Assembly: GCA_002189035.1 (NCBI GenBank)
Contig: NEEC01000025.1
Location: 248,001-312,000, forward strand
Source of the DNA: Utricularia gibba
Taxonomy: Eukaryota > Plantae > Magnoliophyta
Direction of reading: 5' to 3'
DNA: 64,000 nucleotides
The translations under genes and the position numbers were made by a program. The notes under the pieces were generated by a model. That model had not been told where the DNA came from and made no database searches. It worked only from the letters and a program-made list of their open reading frames with translations. Position 1 is the stretch's first letter. The number at the start of each line of letters is the position of its first letter. This document shows positions 62,594-64,000 of the stretch, piece by piece.

Positions 62594-64000
62594 TCAGGCG
62601 GTGGTGGAATGGGAATGTCTCCGGCCGTAGGTGAGTACCATGAGGAAATCCTTGGCTGATTCGCCGACGGTGGCGGGTACCGGAAGGGGGGTGGCCGCCG
62701 TCCGAAGCCAGAGCTCGACCAGTTGGTCAAGCGTCAACGAGGGGCTGATCGTCTGCCCCATGCATCTGATCTCCACCTGTGAAGCAGCAGCCCTGTTACA
62801 TGTCAGCGCTACCCAGAGATGATGCTATTCTAACAGGGGGGCAGCGTTACCTCAGCTTCATTGCTGAGATCAAGCTTCTTCTTGAGGTATTTCTCGATGA
62901 AGGAAACCGGTATGCTGCCATCCCTTCAACAGGGAGCTAGTATTTTGAGTGTTGAATGAGTGATTTAAGGTTGCGATGGAGAGCAAGGTTACTTTATTCT
63001 CAGGAAACTGGCTGAGATTTGCGGCAGAGGTAGAAGATCCTCCCTGCTGAAAATATAAACTGGGAAGTCAGAGTTCAAGTATGTATTTCCAAAGCTTATG
63101 TCCTTTTTCAAGGGATCTAATTGCTTACACTTCGTCAGAAGCCACTAATGAGAACCAGATTGGGTGCTTTCTTGAGTCAAGACTGGTACTTGACAGGGGT
63201 ATGGTAATCTCTCTTGAATCCAGCGAGTCCTTTGTAGGCTTGTGTCCTTCTGAGGGAGCACTCTGTCTGAAGAAATTCTCATTTTTCACCTTGACTTCCT
63301 TATACTTTGTCTTTGTTTCTGTCTTCCTGCAAGCACCTTTCAAGTCATCAGACTTTGCGGCCTCGGTGGACTTGCTCTTATTTGCTGCTTCAGCCAAAAA
63401 TGTTAGGGGTTTCCAGAGATCAGCTGCTGCTTCCGACACCTCACAAGCAAATGAATTCTGAGACAACAATGCTGCTATTCATTTAGAAGATTGTTGCTTG
63501 TGCATTTGCAGCAGGAACTCCACAGACAGGTTTTTTTACCTGCTTGACATCTGGAGTATCTGTCGTCGACATTTCTTGAGAGGTGGAGTTCTCAAGGTGT
63601 TTGTCAATGGAGGAAGCAGAAGCCTTTGACGCCTTTCTGGCACCATGCTTTGATCGCCCTCCCGTCTTCCCGACATGTGTATATACCTTCGGAGTGGTGA
63701 CTACCAGAGATGACAGAGATCTTTCCTTCCGCTTGGCAGGCAAGACAACAACAGGAGGTGCCTCAATCATTGCTCTTCTCTTTGGAAACAATTTTGATCT
63801 CAAGTCTTGCAGATTATGATCAGCCCTGTTCATGAATCTCAAATCAGATAACCAGAACAATAGCAGTGAAGAAGAAGCAGACAGCAGACCGCAACTTCTC
63901 CAATGGGACACATCCAAGGCTAGTATTGCACACAGGACAGCAATTCATCTCCTCATTTAAAAGCTTCCTGCGTATGCATCTTCTGCAAACTGTACCACAG
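62594..64000 (-). CDS. DRIP1/2-type (BMI1-like) RING E3 ligase with RAWUL domain, 5' end outside the window
   Basis: RING C-half CRRCI..CCPVCNTSLGCVPLEKLR|DHNLQDLRSKLFP, RKERSLSSLV, PIWFSLVAS, LPQISASFLRIKDG, VEIRCMGQ, MVLTYGR. Confidence 0.9.

Overview
Gene-dense eudicot nuclear DNA with short spliceosomal introns (mostly ~70-200 nt). It holds about 22 recognisable protein-coding genes, one clear pseudogene, one miniature LTR retroelement and a possible further start codon at the left edge, roughly one gene per 2.7 kb. Order: dUTPase(+), class I HKT(+), TRIM element, ARF7/19-type(-), RPN13(+), COQ9(-), GH28 polygalacturonase(+), JAZ1/2-type(+), VAC14(+), RPS29(-), type C G-gamma/AGG3-like(+), omega-amidase(-), PRMT10(-), shortened PMIR-like(-), MKK1/2(+), ALP1-like Harbinger-derived gene(-), TRB4/5-like pseudogene(+), TMEM258/OST5(+), GH35 beta-galactosidase(-), conserved unknown protein(-), mitochondrial ATP synthase g(+), RPS30(+), CaM-dependent NAD kinase-like(+), DRIP/BMI1 RING ligase(-, runs off the window). 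The compactness resembles miniature genomes such as Lentibulariaceae, but the species is only an inference. Main leads: (1) a TRIM whose two LTRs each carry a decayed plant snRNA USE 24 bp upstream of a TATA box, the Pol III spacing; (2) back-to-back spliced short-ORF/lncRNA signatures between MKK and the ALP1-like gene; (3) a TRB pseudogene apparently eroded by microhomology-flanked deletions; (4) an internally shortened PMIR; (5) a JAZ with a divergent degron. Three clear and two possible single-base deletions at G/C positions in otherwise intact genes may be consensus errors. All gene names come from recalled family motifs; no database search was run.
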